From the NCBI GenBank assembly GCA_963768175.1, contig CAVYGQ010000001.1, forward strand, positions 446,305 through 510,304: DNA of 64,000 nucleotides, read 5' to 3'. The notes under the pieces are model-generated. The model searched no databases. It had not been told where the DNA came from and saw only the letters and a list, made by a program, of their open reading frames with translations. Positions 28,532 to 37,980 of this stretch are shown here, piece by piece (positions within the stretch are counted from its first letter, which is position 1; every line of letters begins with the position of its first letter). This DNA is from Candidatus Doudnabacteria bacterium. GTDB taxonomy: Bacteria > Patescibacteriota > Doudnabacteria > UBA920. Position numbers and translations under genes: made by a program.

Positions 28532-28605
28532 TGGCTGGGGTGCCAGGATTCGGACCTGGGATCAGCGGTTCAGAGCCGCTTGCCTTACCGCTTGGCTACA
28601 CCCCA
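28532..28605 (-). tRNA. tRNA-Gln(CTG)
   Basis: Cloverleaf; anticodon arm GCGG-CT CTG AA-CCGC; encoded CCA; T-loop reads TCCGAAT. Confidence 0.92.
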
Positions 28606-28762
28606 ACGATATCAAAATCTAAAAACTAAACCCTAAATACTAAACTTTAGACAACTGATATATTATAAAATAAATCAGAAAAAAAGAAAAGGGCTCGCTT
28701 TTGCCTGTATTCCTAAATAGTGATAAAATAAGATTAGGTTTTAAAGGCGTTCCGAAATCAAA

Positions 28763-28948
28763 ATGTTCAAAATCCTAAAAATCGTGTTTTATATTGTCAT
28801 TGTTATAGTTGTTGTGTTTTTATATTGGTTTTTGCCCAAGTATTCCTATGTCAGCAAAAACCCAGGATATTGCACCCAATTAACCAGCCATCTGTACTAC
28901 TGCGGAAACATAGGTAGCATGGACAAGCTTATGGGTGGCGGCAAATAA
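28763..28948 (+). CDS. Small membrane protein
   Basis: 61 aa; one TM helix and a Cys pair; TGATAAAAT extended -10 upstream. Confidence 0.6.
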   Translation: MFKILKIVFYIVIVIVVVFLYWFLPKYSYVSKNPGYCTQLTSHLYYCGNIGSMDKLMGGGK

Positions 28949-28977
28949 TTGACACGGGTTTTTTGGGATTGTATAAT
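28949..28977 (+). promoter_or_regulatory. Consensus sigma70 promoter
   Basis: TTGACA-17 bp-TATAAT. Confidence 0.85.
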
Positions 28978-29010
28978 AAAATTGCCCTTAAACCCAAGCG
29001 AAACAAAATT

Positions 29011-29340
29011 TACCCTGTTAAATAATTTTAAATTTTTTCTCCAATGCAATATGTCTATATTTTGCAGTCAGAAAAGGACAAAAAATTTTATACAGGGTAT
29101 ACAAAAAATTTAAAATTAAGATTTGAGCAACATAAGAAGGGCCAAGTTAAATCAACTAACGATCGCAGGCCGCTTAAACTAATTTACCATGAAGCGTGCT
29201 TAAACCAGCAAGATGCTACCCATCGCGAAAAGTACCTAAAAACCTACCTTGGAAAAATGTTTATTAAAAAACGGCTCAAATCTTATTTCAACCTGTTAAA
29301 TAGTTTCACTTTGTGAAAATTTAACAGGTTTAACAGGGTA
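29011..29340. mobile_element. Putative autonomous TACCCTGTTAAA...TTTAACAGGGTA element enclosing a GIY-YIG gene
   Basis: 12-bp TIR brackets the ORF; nested mini-copy at 29290-29330. Confidence 0.72.
29044..29316 (+). CDS. Small GIY-YIG nuclease
   Basis: YVYILQS..FYTGYT..R..H..G..ST..RRPLKLIY, REKYLK motifs; 90 aa. Confidence 0.92.
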   Translation: MQYVYILQSEKDKKFYTGYTKNLKLRFEQHKKGQVKSTNDRRPLKLIYHEACLNQQDATHREKYLKTYLGKMFIKKRLKSYFNLLNSFTL

Positions 29341-29343
29341 AAA

Positions 29344-29889
29344 ATGTCAAAACTCTCTCCACAAACAAAAACTTTCATCGCCCTTTTTTGTTTTGCCGTT
29401 TTTGGAACGTATGTGTGTATAATTCTTTGGTCCAATTTGGCCGGATCTGTTCCCAACACGTCCTACAACACAAACACCCTGACAAAAAAAGTCTCGGCCC
29501 AAACTTTACCCGCTTTGGTTCCAGTCCCCGCAGTGGACACGACCGGATGGAATACATACAACAATGAACAATACCAATTAAGTTTTTTATATAAACCAGG
29601 CTGGAAAGTTTTACCGGCTATAAATAAAAATGGCTTTACGGTTTTGCAGGTAGACCCGGGACCAAAATTTTACAATATTAAAATTTACATCAACCCCAAA
29701 GAATTTTACATTATGGATGGCCTGCCCACCAAGACCGAAACCATTGGCGGCCAAACGGCTCTAAATGCCAACAACTCGCTGTATGGGATTGTGGCGAACA
29801 ATTTGCACTATACTTTTGACGTAGGCCTGTCCATGAGCCTGGTGCCGGATTTTAACGCTTTGGTGCATTCGGTAAAATTTGGGAATTAG
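29344..29889 (+). CDS. Membrane-anchored hypothetical protein (PsbP-like fold suspected)
   Basis: TM helix; WNTYNNEQYQLSFLYKPGW motif; 181 aa. Confidence 0.7.
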   Translation: MSKLSPQTKTFIALFCFAVFGTYVCIILWSNLAGSVPNTSYNTNTLTKKVSAQTLPALVPVPAVDTTGWNTYNNEQYQLSFLYKPGWKVLPAINKNGFTVLQVDPGPKFYNIKIYINPKEFYIMDGLPTKTETIGGQTALNANNSLYGIVANNLHYTFDVGLSMSLVPDFNALVHSVKFGN

Positions 29890-29938
29890 TGGAAAAACAG
29901 GGGACACCTCTGGAAGAGGTGTCCCCTGTTTTCATTGA

Positions 29939-30115
29939 TTACTGTTTTTTATTTATACCAACGACTATCCCCCAAAAACCAAAAACCAGGCTGGCAAACA
30001 AATAACCTCCTGGCAGACTGACGATATTGGGGAAAGCAAAACCGCAAAATCCCACAAGAAATAAAATTACTCCGGTTACTAAACTGTATGAACGGGGGTT
30101 GTTAAGTTTAATCAT
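29939..30115 (-). CDS. Small two-TM membrane protein (58 aa)
   Basis: Manual translation MIKLNNPRSYSLVTGVILFLVG...GIVVGINKKQ; below the ORF-track cutoff. Confidence 0.6.
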   Translation of the reverse strand: MIKLNNPRSYSLVTGVILFLVGFCGFAFPNIVSLPGGYLFASLVFGFWGIVVGINKKQ

Positions 30116-30266
30116 AGATTAATTGACATGATTTAAAGGATTTAAATGATTGACATAATTTTCTTTTCTGCAATTTTGTCAATCTTGATCAATCTTTTAA
30201 ATCTTGCCCAATCCTTAATTTTGCCTTATAATTATACAAGATATTATTAACTTTGACTACCCCCAT

Positions 30267-32336
30267 ATGATAGAGAATACGTATTTGTATTACGCCTTGG
30301 GAGCGGCAATTTTAGCCCTTCTGTATGGCGTGTTTTTAATTTTTAAGATCCTCAAACAGCCGCAGGGCCAGGGGAAAATGCTGGAAATAGCCAAAGCCAT
30401 CCAAGACGGCGCCAAGGCCTATTTGTCCAGACAATATAAAACCGTCGGCTTAGTCGCCGTGGTTATTTTAGTTTTGATGTACCTGGCGCATTTTTCCGCG
30501 CATACTATGGAAGGCTTTATCCTAGGCGCCATACTTTCCGCCACAGCCGGTTTTGTGGGAATGAACGTTTCGGTCAGGGCTAACGTGCGCACGGCCGAAG
30601 CCGCAAAAAAAGGGCTGTCTTCCGCTTTATCTTTAGCTTTTGAAGGCGGCAGTGTAACCGGACTATTTGTGGTCGGGCTTGGCCTTTTGGCGGTTACCGG
30701 CTTTTTGCTGGCCACCAAAACCGCCGGCGGCCCCTGCATAAATCTTGGCGACGCCAACCAATGCGTGGGCGGAGGCAGCTTTGACCTTTCGGCGTTGGCC
30801 GGCTTGGCTTTTGGCGCCAGCTTGATTTCCATTTTTGCCCGTTTGGGCGGCGGCATTTTTACCAAAGGCGCGGACGTAGGCACCGATATGGTCGGCAAAA
30901 TTGAAGCCGGCATTCCGGAAGACGACCCCCGCAACCCGGGCGTAATAGCCGACAACGTCGGCGACAACGTCGGCGACTGCGCCGGCATGGCCGCAGACTT
31001 GTTTGAAACCTACGTGGTTTCTGCCGTCGCGGTTATATTACTCGGCTCGGCGCTTTTCCCCGGCTACATCAACGCCGTAATTTATCCACTAATGATTGGC
31101 GCCGTTTCCATTATTACCACAATCATCGGCACCTGGTTTGTCCGCTTAGGCAAAAGTAAAAATATTATGGGCGCCATGTACAAAGGTTTTGCCGTAACCG
31201 GGATATTGAGCGCCGTAGCTTTTTGGCCGATTACCCAAAAAATTATGGGTGACAACAGCCTGTATTCCGTCAGCAACCTTTTTTACTGCGCGCTTATCGG
31301 TTTAGTAGTTACCGGACTCATTACCATGATTACCGAATATTACACTTCCAAATCTTTTTCGCCGGTTAAAAATATTGCCGAGGCTTCCACCACCGGACAC
31401 GGGACTAATATTATAAAAGGCATTGCCGTAGGTATGCAGTCCACCGCCGCCCCGGTATTTGTGATAGTCTGCGCGATTTTATTTTCATATCATTTAGCCG
31501 GACTTTACGGGATTGCGTTGGCTGTTATGTCGATGCTATCCTTGACCGGAATTGTAGTTGCCATAGATGCCTTTGGGCCCATTACCGATAACGCCGGCGG
31601 CATTGCCGAAATGGCCGGACTGGACCAGTCTGTCCGTGATGTGACCGACCCGCTGGATGCCGTTGGCAACACCACCAAAGCCGTAACCAAAGGTTATGCC
31701 ATAACCAGCGCGGGACTGGCCGCCATGGTCTTGTTTGCCGCTTACACCCAACAGCTTTCCGCAAACGGCATTTCCACTGTGTTTGATTTAGGAAACAGCC
31801 GGGTATTGGTCGGCTTGCTAATTGGCGGACTGCTCCCCTATTTGTTTGCTTCAATCGCGATGTCTGCCGTGGGGAATGCGGCTAAAGCCGTAGTGGAAGA
31901 AGTGCGCCGCCAGTTCCGCGAAATAAAAGGCATTATGACCGGGCAGGCCAAGCCGGATTATTCCCGCGCCGTGGATATTGTCACCAAGGCCGCCATTAAA
32001 GAAATGATTATTCCCGCGCTAATTCCGGTTGTAATGCCGATTTTAGTGGGGCTGATTTTAGGCGCCAGGGCTTTGGGCGGGATGCTTGTCGGCACAATTA
32101 TTACCGGCATTTTTGTCGGCATTTCCATGACCACTGGCGGCGCGGCCTGGGACAACGCCAAAAAGTATATTGAAGAAGGCCACTTTGGCGGCAAAGGAAG
32201 CGATGCCCACAAAGCGGCCGTTACCGGCGACACCGTCGGCGACCCTTACAAAGACACCGCGGGTCCGGCCATAAACCCGATGATAAAGATTATAAACATT
32301 GTGGCGCTATTGCTGGTAAAATTCCTGAAACCGTAA
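30267..32336 (+). CDS. hppA: Membrane-bound pyrophosphatase, K+-independent H+-translocating type
   Basis: [40 protein letters not shown] motifs. Confidence 0.95.
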   Translation: MIENTYLYYALGAAILALLYGVFLIFKILKQPQGQGKMLEIAKAIQDGAKAYLSRQYKTVGLVAVVILVLMYLAHFSAHTMEGFILGAILSATAGFVGMNVSVRANVRTAEAAKKGLSSALSLAFEGGSVTGLFVVGLGLLAVTGFLLATKTAGGPCINLGDANQCVGGGSFDLSALAGLAFGASLISIFARLGGGIFTKGADVGTDMVGKIEAGIPEDDPRNPGVIADNVGDNVGDCAGMAADLFETYVVSAVAVILLGSALFPGYINAVIYPLMIGAVSIITTIIGTWFVRLGKSKNIMGAMYKGFAVTGILSAVAFWPITQKIMGDNSLYSVSNLFYCALIGLVVTGLITMITEYYTSKSFSPVKNIAEASTTGHGTNIIKGIAVGMQSTAAPVFVIVCAILFSYHLAGLYGIALAVMSMLSLTGIVVAIDAFGPITDNAGGIAEMAGLDQSVRDVTDPLDAVGNTTKAVTKGYAITSAGLAAMVLFAAYTQQLSANGISTVFDLGNSRVLVGLLIGGLLPYLFASIAMSAVGNAAKAVVEEVRRQFREIKGIMTGQAKPDYSRAVDIVTKAAIKEMIIPALIPVVMPILVGLILGARALGGMLVGTIITGIFVGISMTTGGAAWDNAKKYIEEGHFGGKGSDAHKAAVTGDTVGDPYKDTAGPAINPMIKIINIVALLLVKFLKP

Positions 32337-32342
32337 AATACA

Positions 32343-32381
32343 ACAAAGAGACTCTTTGCGCGACGCAAAGAGTCTCTTTGT
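32343..32381. repeat. Palindrome ACAAAGAGACTCTTTGC...GCAAAGAGTCTCTTTGT (terminator-like), also at 49205-49245
   Basis: Near-identical long hairpins, each between convergent genes. Confidence 0.85.
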
Positions 32382-32467
32382 ATAACTATTTTATATAAAT
32401 AAAAAACGAGCGGCTACAGTGACGCAGTCGCCCGGGGTGGCCAGCCCCATAAGTAATAGCCAATGCT

Positions 32468-33028
32468 TCAGCGCCGCCGGTAAGGCCGCCGCGTCCCGTA
32501 AAGGTGAGGCTTGTCCAGCGGAGGCTTGACGCCGTGCGCGCGTTGCCCTGCCATGCCCTCTTCGATCTTGTTGAGATTGACGATGATCGCGAGCTTTTGT
32601 TCCATGGCAGGAGAAACATCTTTGCCGGCTTTGGAGATGTACTCGCGGTATTTGTCAGCCAGATCTTGAGCGACGCGAATCTTTCCGTGAGTGAGCTTGA
32701 GTCGCTTGTATGCAGCGGCGGCGTCCTGAACGTACAATTTCTGAACCTGCTGCGTGACGAATCCGGGAGCAACCCCGATCGCGTCCAGGTCGAGACCAAC
32801 GGTTCCGAGCTGCTTCTCCATCTCCTTCGCGAAACGCGTCGCGGTGTCGCCGTTCTGGGCGAGCATGAAGTCCTGGAAGGACCGAAACGCTTCCGTCTTG
32901 ACTTCGTCGACCTTCTTCAGCCTAGCCACTTCGCGTTGAGCCAGATCAGCTTTGGACGGACCGCACCCGATGAGTGCGGCCAAAATCGCCACCGCAATGA
33001 TGGCGAGCACTACGCGCATGTTGCGCAT
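32468..33028 (-). CDS. GC-rich orphan lipoprotein
   Basis: Start re-placed at MRNMR with SD-like AAAGGGGG; lipobox LIGC; codon usage differs from neighbours. Confidence 0.65.
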   Translation of the reverse strand: MRNMRVVLAIIAVAILAALIGCGPSKADLAQREVARLKKVDEVKTEAFRSFQDFMLAQNGDTATRFAKEMEKQLGTVGLDLDAIGVAPGFVTQQVQKLYVQDAAAAYKRLKLTHGKIRVAQDLADKYREYISKAGKDVSPAMEQKLAIIVNLNKIEEGMAGQRAHGVKPPLDKPHLYGTRRPYRRR

Positions 33029-33147
33029 GGTGTTTCCCCCTTTGAAACAAAAGTCCGCCAGATTCAGCAAAACAACCGCCACCCATACTGGCATAGGGTT
33101 AGCATTAAAAAATATCAAAAAAAGACCTTTATGTCAAGGGCTCAAAG

Positions 33148-33204
33148 CTGGAAGAAGTGTCCCCTCTTCCAGTTTAATTTTATGGTATAATAAACAATTT
33201 TTAC
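33148..33204. repeat. 57-bp direct repeat shared with 41120-41176
   Basis: 3 mismatches in 57 bp; both copies end at a minus-strand TAA stop. Confidence 0.85.
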
Positions 33205-34427
33205 ACAATTACCCCGCCGCCCACGCATTCCTTGCCTTTGTATAATACCAAACTTTGCCCCGAGGCGACGGCTTTTTGGGGTTTGTTGAATATAACGCGA
33301 TAATGGTTCTTGCCGATTAGTCTTATTGTTAATGGCACCAGTTCTCCTTGGTGGCGGAAACGCCCAAGTAAAGAAATTTTGATCCCTGAGCCAGTCGAAC
33401 GGGTCAAAATTTCTTTTGGGGAACTTTGCCCTTCCACAAGGTCAGGGGCAAATTTCCCACTGATCCAATTCACGCTATGAATCTGTACTTCTTTTGTCAA
33501 CAAATTTTTGTCGTCCACATTATTCGTAACATACAGAGTGTTTATCTTTAAATCCTTTTTTACCACATAATATGGGCCGGTGCCACCAACTTTAATCCCC
33601 TGCCGCTGGCCGATGGTGTAATTAAAAAGACCATTATGTTCACCAATAACCCCACCTAGCCTCCCCTTTGCAAGGGGAGGGATTACTGCAGATTCCCCTC
33701 CTTGCAGAGGAGGGGTTAGGGGAGGTAATAAAACTATCGGCCCCGGCTTTGCCTTCAGTTTCTGCTCCAAAAAATCTTTTAGCCTAATTTTGCCCACAAA
33801 GCACAGCCCCATGCTTTCTTTCTTCTCGGCGTTCGGCAAACCGATTTTCCGCGCAAGCGCACGGACGGCGGGCTTTTTCATGGCGCCAATCGGAAAAAGT
33901 AAATGCGGCAATTGCTCCGATTTGATGTTATAAATAAAATAAGTTTGGTCTTTGAATTCATCCGCGCTCCTCATCAGCCTAAACTCGCTAAAACCGCGGC
34001 CGCGGTTTAAAGAAGTATTTTTTTCTACCTGCGCGTAATGTCCGGTTGCCAAATAATCAAACCCGTTTTTCATCGCCCAGTTATAAAGCAGCTTAAATTT
34101 AATTTCCTTATTGCACATGACGTCCGGGTTCGGCGTACGGCCTTTTTTATATTCGTCAAAAAAATAACGCATTACGGTTTTCTGGTACTGCTTTTCAAAA
34201 TCCAAAGTGTGCAAGGGGGTGCGCAAAAACGCGGCCACGCGCAAGGCGTCTTGGCGATCCACAAGCCATGGGCATTCGTTCTTAATCAAACCGGCGGTGG
34301 AAGACCAGTTCTTCATAAACGCGGCTTCAACTTCGTAGCCCTGTTTTAACAAAAGATATACCGAAACCGCACTGTCAATGCCGCCGCTTAGAGCGATTAG
34401 CACCTTCTTTTTTCGAATTTTCTTCAT
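33201..34427 (-). CDS. mnmA: tRNA 2-thiouridylase
   Basis: LSGGIDSAV, TPNPDVMCN, ATGHYA, KDQTYF, GLCFVG, YTIGQRQG motifs; three in-frame repeat insertions. Confidence 0.95.
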   Translation of the reverse strand: MKKIRKKKVLIALSGGIDSAVSVYLLLKQGYEVEAAFMKNWSSTAGLIKNECPWLVDRQDALRVAAFLRTPLHTLDFEKQYQKTVMRYFFDEYKKGRTPNPDVMCNKEIKFKLLYNWAMKNGFDYLATGHYAQVEKNTSLNRGRGFSEFRLMRSADEFKDQTYFIYNIKSEQLPHLLFPIGAMKKPAVRALARKIGLPNAEKKESMGLCFVGKIRLKDFLEQKLKAKPGPIVLLPPLTPPLQGGESAVIPPLAKGRLGGVIGEHNGLFNYTIGQRQGIKVGGTGPYYVVKKDLKINTLYVTNNVDDKNLLTKEVQIHSVNWISGKFAPDLVEGQSSPKEILTRSTGSGIKISLLGRFRHQGELVPLTIRLIGKNHYRVIFNKPQKAVASGQSLVLYKGKECVGGGVIV

Positions 34428-34543
34428 GGCTACAATTATACTTTAAAGCGTTAAAAAAATCCATCGGCTTCTCAAAGAAAGTTAGATCGGCACCTTCTCG
34501 CAGCGAGAAGGTGCCCATCTATTCAGATAAAATCAATTAAATT

Positions 34544-35296
34544 TTAACTTTTATGATACTTTTTTATCATTTTTAACAAATCCTTATGCACCGCGCCGTT
34601 GCTGATTAGCGCGCCGTTTATTTTCCCGTCATAACGCTGCTCTTTGCCGAATTTGTCGGTTACTTTTCCGCCGGCCTCTTCCACAATAACCTTTATCGCC
34701 GCAATATCATGAGCAAAACTATAATCATAATAAGCCGCGACTGTATGGCCGGCGGCTACTGTAATCGCCTCATAACAAATTGAGTAAAGGTTCAGCCAAA
34801 AAACTTCCGGATATTTTAAAGCTGCATGGCTTGCCGTCTTATGGTCCCAAAATGCCACAGAGTTTTTTAAACCCGATTTATTTACCTTAATTTTTCGCCC
34901 GTTCATAAAAGCGCCTTTGCCGACTTCGGCAAAATACAAATGGTCCAACACGGCATCGTAAATTACGCCCAATAACGGCTTGCCGTTTTTCACCAGCGCC
35001 AGAGAAAAAACAAAAGTCGGGATGCCGTGGGAAAACGGCACCGTGCCGTCCACCGGATCGCACACCCATAAATATTCCCTACCGCCGCTGTGATAGCTTT
35101 CTTCCTCGCCCAAAACCCCGTGGCCGGGAAAATTCTTTTTCACCTGCGCAATAACCAACTTGTTAATTTTCAAATCCGTTTCGGTAACCGGTGAGCCGTC
35201 TTTTTTCCATTTTCTCTCCATTGCCAAACTAAAATCCGTCCGCATTATTTTTCCGGCTTTTTTGGCAAGGTTTATGGCAAAATTTTTATAGGTCAT
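34544..35296 (-). CDS. Inositol monophosphatase family protein
   Basis: GEE, WVCDPVDGT, HDIAA..VEEAGGKVTD motifs. Confidence 0.9.
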   Translation of the reverse strand: MTYKNFAINLAKKAGKIMRTDFSLAMERKWKKDGSPVTETDLKINKLVIAQVKKNFPGHGVLGEEESYHSGGREYLWVCDPVDGTVPFSHGIPTFVFSLALVKNGKPLLGVIYDAVLDHLYFAEVGKGAFMNGRKIKVNKSGLKNSVAFWDHKTASHAALKYPEVFWLNLYSICYEAITVAAGHTVAAYYDYSFAHDIAAIKVIVEEAGGKVTDKFGKEQRYDGKINGALISNGAVHKDLLKMIKKYHKS

Positions 35297-35307
35297 ACCT
35301 TAACCCC

Positions 35308-35730
35308 CTATCTTACAAACACCGTTACCAAAACTCCGGCTACCACCAGCGTACCGCCGATGATGTTGCCGTAAGTCGGGCGCTCGCCCAAAAATATCAG
35401 CGCCAAAATAATGGTTAAGGCTACGGACAGCTTGTCAATCGGTGCCACTTTGCTCGCCTCGCCTAGCTGTAAAGCTTTGTAATAAAACAGCCAGGAAAGC
35501 CCGGTAGCGATGGCCGACAGGACGATGAAAATCCAAGTATGCCGCGACCAGTCTTTTATCTGGCCGCTTGAGCCTTCTATAAACACAATCCCCCAGGCAA
35601 AAAATAAGATAACCGCGGTGCGCACCGCCACCGCCAAATTACTGCTTATCCCCTTAATGCCGATTTTGCCGAAAATCGCCACCAACGAGGCAAAGAACGC
35701 ACTTAAAACCGCATAAATAGCCCAAGACAT
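35308..35730 (-). CDS. EamA/DMT family transporter
   Basis: ALQLGEASKVAPIDKLS motif; about 5 TM helices. Confidence 0.88.
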   Translation of the reverse strand: MSWAIYAVLSAFFASLVAIFGKIGIKGISSNLAVAVRTAVILFFAWGIVFIEGSSGQIKDWSRHTWIFIVLSAIATGLSWLFYYKALQLGEASKVAPIDKLSVALTIILALIFLGERPTYGNIIGGTLVVAGVLVTVFVR

Positions 35731-35818
35731 AGTAGTTAATTAACAAAAACGGCAGAAATGACAAAAATGAACTGCAGTCCAATTTTTGTCAATTTTGTCA
35801 TTTATTTAATTTTTGTCA

Positions 35819-36499
35819 TTACTTATAATACTGCTCCGCCTGCTTTTCCATACCGGCTATGTCCGTGCTCTGCAAAATATGACCGTTAAAAAAGAAGCTT
35901 GGCGTGCCGGGCAAATTCAAACCCAAAGCCTGGTTGCTATCGTCTTGGATAACCGATAAATATTTTTTGCTTGTTATGTCGCCCTTAAATTGGTCAATGT
36001 TGGCAACGCCAATGCTTTGCGCGTACCCGGCAAAAGTATCCAACGGGTCCGACAGCCCTTCCCAATCGGCCTGGTTTTTAAACAAAATGTCGTGCATTTC
36101 CCAATACTTGCCCTGCGCCCCGGCGGCCTCCGCGGCCAAACAGGCTTCCACGGTATTCGGATGGATTTGGGCTAAAGGAAAATAGCGGAATACAAATACC
36201 GTGTCCTTAAACACCGTCGGCACCTGCTTGAGCATATCGCTGTAATCGGCGCAGGCCGGACATTCAAAGTCCGCGTATTCAATAAACTCGTTCTTGGCTG
36301 AGGCTGAGCCCTGGTAGTGATCTACGCTTGGATTAAACGCCGGAGGCGTGGAAATGGCTCTGACAGCCGAAGTGTTCAGCGCGGCGTTGTAAGAGGTAGA
36401 AGCAGATTGCTGGGTTTGTTGGGGAGAAATTTTAAACAAAAAATAGCCAAAGCCCAAAACAATTAAAACTATAATAACAATTGTGATAATCTTTTTCAT
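35819..36499 (-). CDS. DsbA family thiol-disulfide oxidoreductase
   Basis: EYADFECPAC, RYFPL, GTPSFF motifs. Confidence 0.92.
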   Translation of the reverse strand: MKKIITIVIIVLIVLGFGYFLFKISPQQTQQSASTSYNAALNTSAVRAISTPPAFNPSVDHYQGSASAKNEFIEYADFECPACADYSDMLKQVPTVFKDTVFVFRYFPLAQIHPNTVEACLAAEAAGAQGKYWEMHDILFKNQADWEGLSDPLDTFAGYAQSIGVANIDQFKGDITSKKYLSVIQDDSNQALGLNLPGTPSFFFNGHILQSTDIAGMEKQAEQYYK

Positions 36500-36526
36500 A
36501 ACGCCTTCCGTTGATTAATTATATAT

Positions 36527-37453
36527 TTAATTTGAGCTTGCCGCAGTGCTTGTGCCCAGCACCATCTCCGCAGAATTAATTAAAGCCAAGATTTGGGCTT
36601 CTGCGGCTAAATCCGCCAAAAGCTTGGTTTCGTCAAAAGCCGTGTATAAGTGGTCTTCGCCCAAAACCACCACCGCCAGTTCTTGCCCGTTGTATTTTAC
36701 CAGGGACGCGAAATTATATTTGGCTTCATCCAAGTACCCTGTTTTAGCGCCTAAAATTTGAATATCCGAATCCGTTAACAGCTTATCGGTATTTTTTATA
36801 GTCTGATTATACCTAAAATTGTTGGCTGAGCGCAACACATAACTGTTTAAGCCGGTAATTTTCCGTAAATAGGGGTTGGAAAAGGCCGCGGTGATAATTT
36901 TCGCGTAATCAGCCGCGGTAATTTGGTTTTGGGGATCCATGCCTGTAGGTTCGTAAAAATGGCTGCCTGTGGCGCCTAAACTGGCGGCCTTTTGGTTCAT
37001 AAGCTCCGCGAATTGGTCCATGGAAAGTCCGGTGCTCCTGGAAAGGGCGCTGGCCGCGTTATTGGCCGAAGGAATCAGTGCGGCGTGAAAAAGCCCGTCT
37101 ACCGTAAATTTTACGCCTGGCTTGGCCTTAATGCAGGCGCCCCCGGAAGTACAGCCACCCAAAGTTTGGTCTTGGGCGGTTATGGCAATCATTTTTGTCA
37201 ATTTGACTTTTGCATCCAAAACCACCAGGGCAGTAACCAGTTTTGTTAACGATGCCGGCGTCCAAGGCATATCGGCATTCTTATTGATAAGCACTTGTCC
37301 GGTCTTTACGTCCTGCACTATATAAGCCTGGGCATTGATGCCTTCCATATTTGCCAAGTCATTACCGCTTTTTGGCATAGATAAAGCGAAGGCGGAAACC
37401 GGCGCCATTAACATACTGCTAATTAAAACTGTGCTTAGATATTTTTTTGACAT
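36527..37453 (-). CDS. D-Ala-D-Ala carboxypeptidase/endopeptidase (peptidase S11)
   Basis: PASLTK (SxxK), SAN (SxN) and KTG motifs. Confidence 0.92.
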   Translation of the reverse strand: MSKKYLSTVLISSMLMAPVSAFALSMPKSGNDLANMEGINAQAYIVQDVKTGQVLINKNADMPWTPASLTKLVTALVVLDAKVKLTKMIAITAQDQTLGGCTSGGACIKAKPGVKFTVDGLFHAALIPSANNAASALSRSTGLSMDQFAELMNQKAASLGATGSHFYEPTGMDPQNQITAADYAKIITAAFSNPYLRKITGLNSYVLRSANNFRYNQTIKNTDKLLTDSDIQILGAKTGYLDEAKYNFASLVKYNGQELAVVVLGEDHLYTAFDETKLLADLAAEAQILALINSAEMVLGTSTAASSN

Positions 37454-37466
37454 CAATTCTAAATTT

Positions 37467-37748
37467 TTATTCCCTCATCATGTGGCCGAATTTGGATTGC
37501 AGCATTTTCTTGTGCTGCTTAAACAAATCTTCCAAAGCACTGCGGATATGCCTCCCGATTTCGCTTTTATCGCCGACAATCTCCTGGGAAACTTCCACGC
37601 TTTTTACATTTTGGTTGCCGTCTATGATTAAAACAATTTTTCCGCCTGAAGATTTACCGCTGACGGTTTCCGTAGCCAACAGGCTCTCCATATGCTTGGC
37701 CTGCTTGCGCATCTCGTTCATATCTTTTAATTTATCCATTAATCCCAT
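37467..37748 (-). CDS. YbaB/EbfC nucleoid-associated protein
   Basis: 93 aa; ETVSGKSSGGKIVLIIDGNQ. Confidence 0.8.
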   Translation of the reverse strand: MGLMDKLKDMNEMRKQAKHMESLLATETVSGKSSGGKIVLIIDGNQNVKSVEVSQEIVGDKSEIGRHIRSALEDLFKQHKKMLQSKFGHMMRE

Positions 37749-37824
37749 ATAAATATTTTGTTTAATTTTAAATTAGGCTAATTAATTATAGCTTAAATAT
37801 GATAAAACTTCTAGCCGAGATTGT

Positions 37825-37969
37825 GTCATCCCGTAATTTTTCACGTCATTGATTATCATAAGTCGTGAAAAATATACGGGATCCAGAACCAAGGAATTAC
37901 CCAGTCCTAGATTCCGGATATTTTTGGCTGCTGATAATTTGCCTGTTTCAGCCAAAAATTCCGGAATGG
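37825..37969. repeat. GTCATCCCG...CGGGATCCAG / CTAGATTCCGG...CCGGAATG double-hairpin element
   Basis: Same two-hairpin architecture as the CGTC family but different arms; intergenic. Confidence 0.65.
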
Positions 37970-37980
37970 AGCAAGGGGCG

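Noticed and set aside
32504-33190. 228-aa plus-strand ORF
   Set aside because: Antisense shadow of the GC-rich lipoprotein, which has the SD site and lipobox
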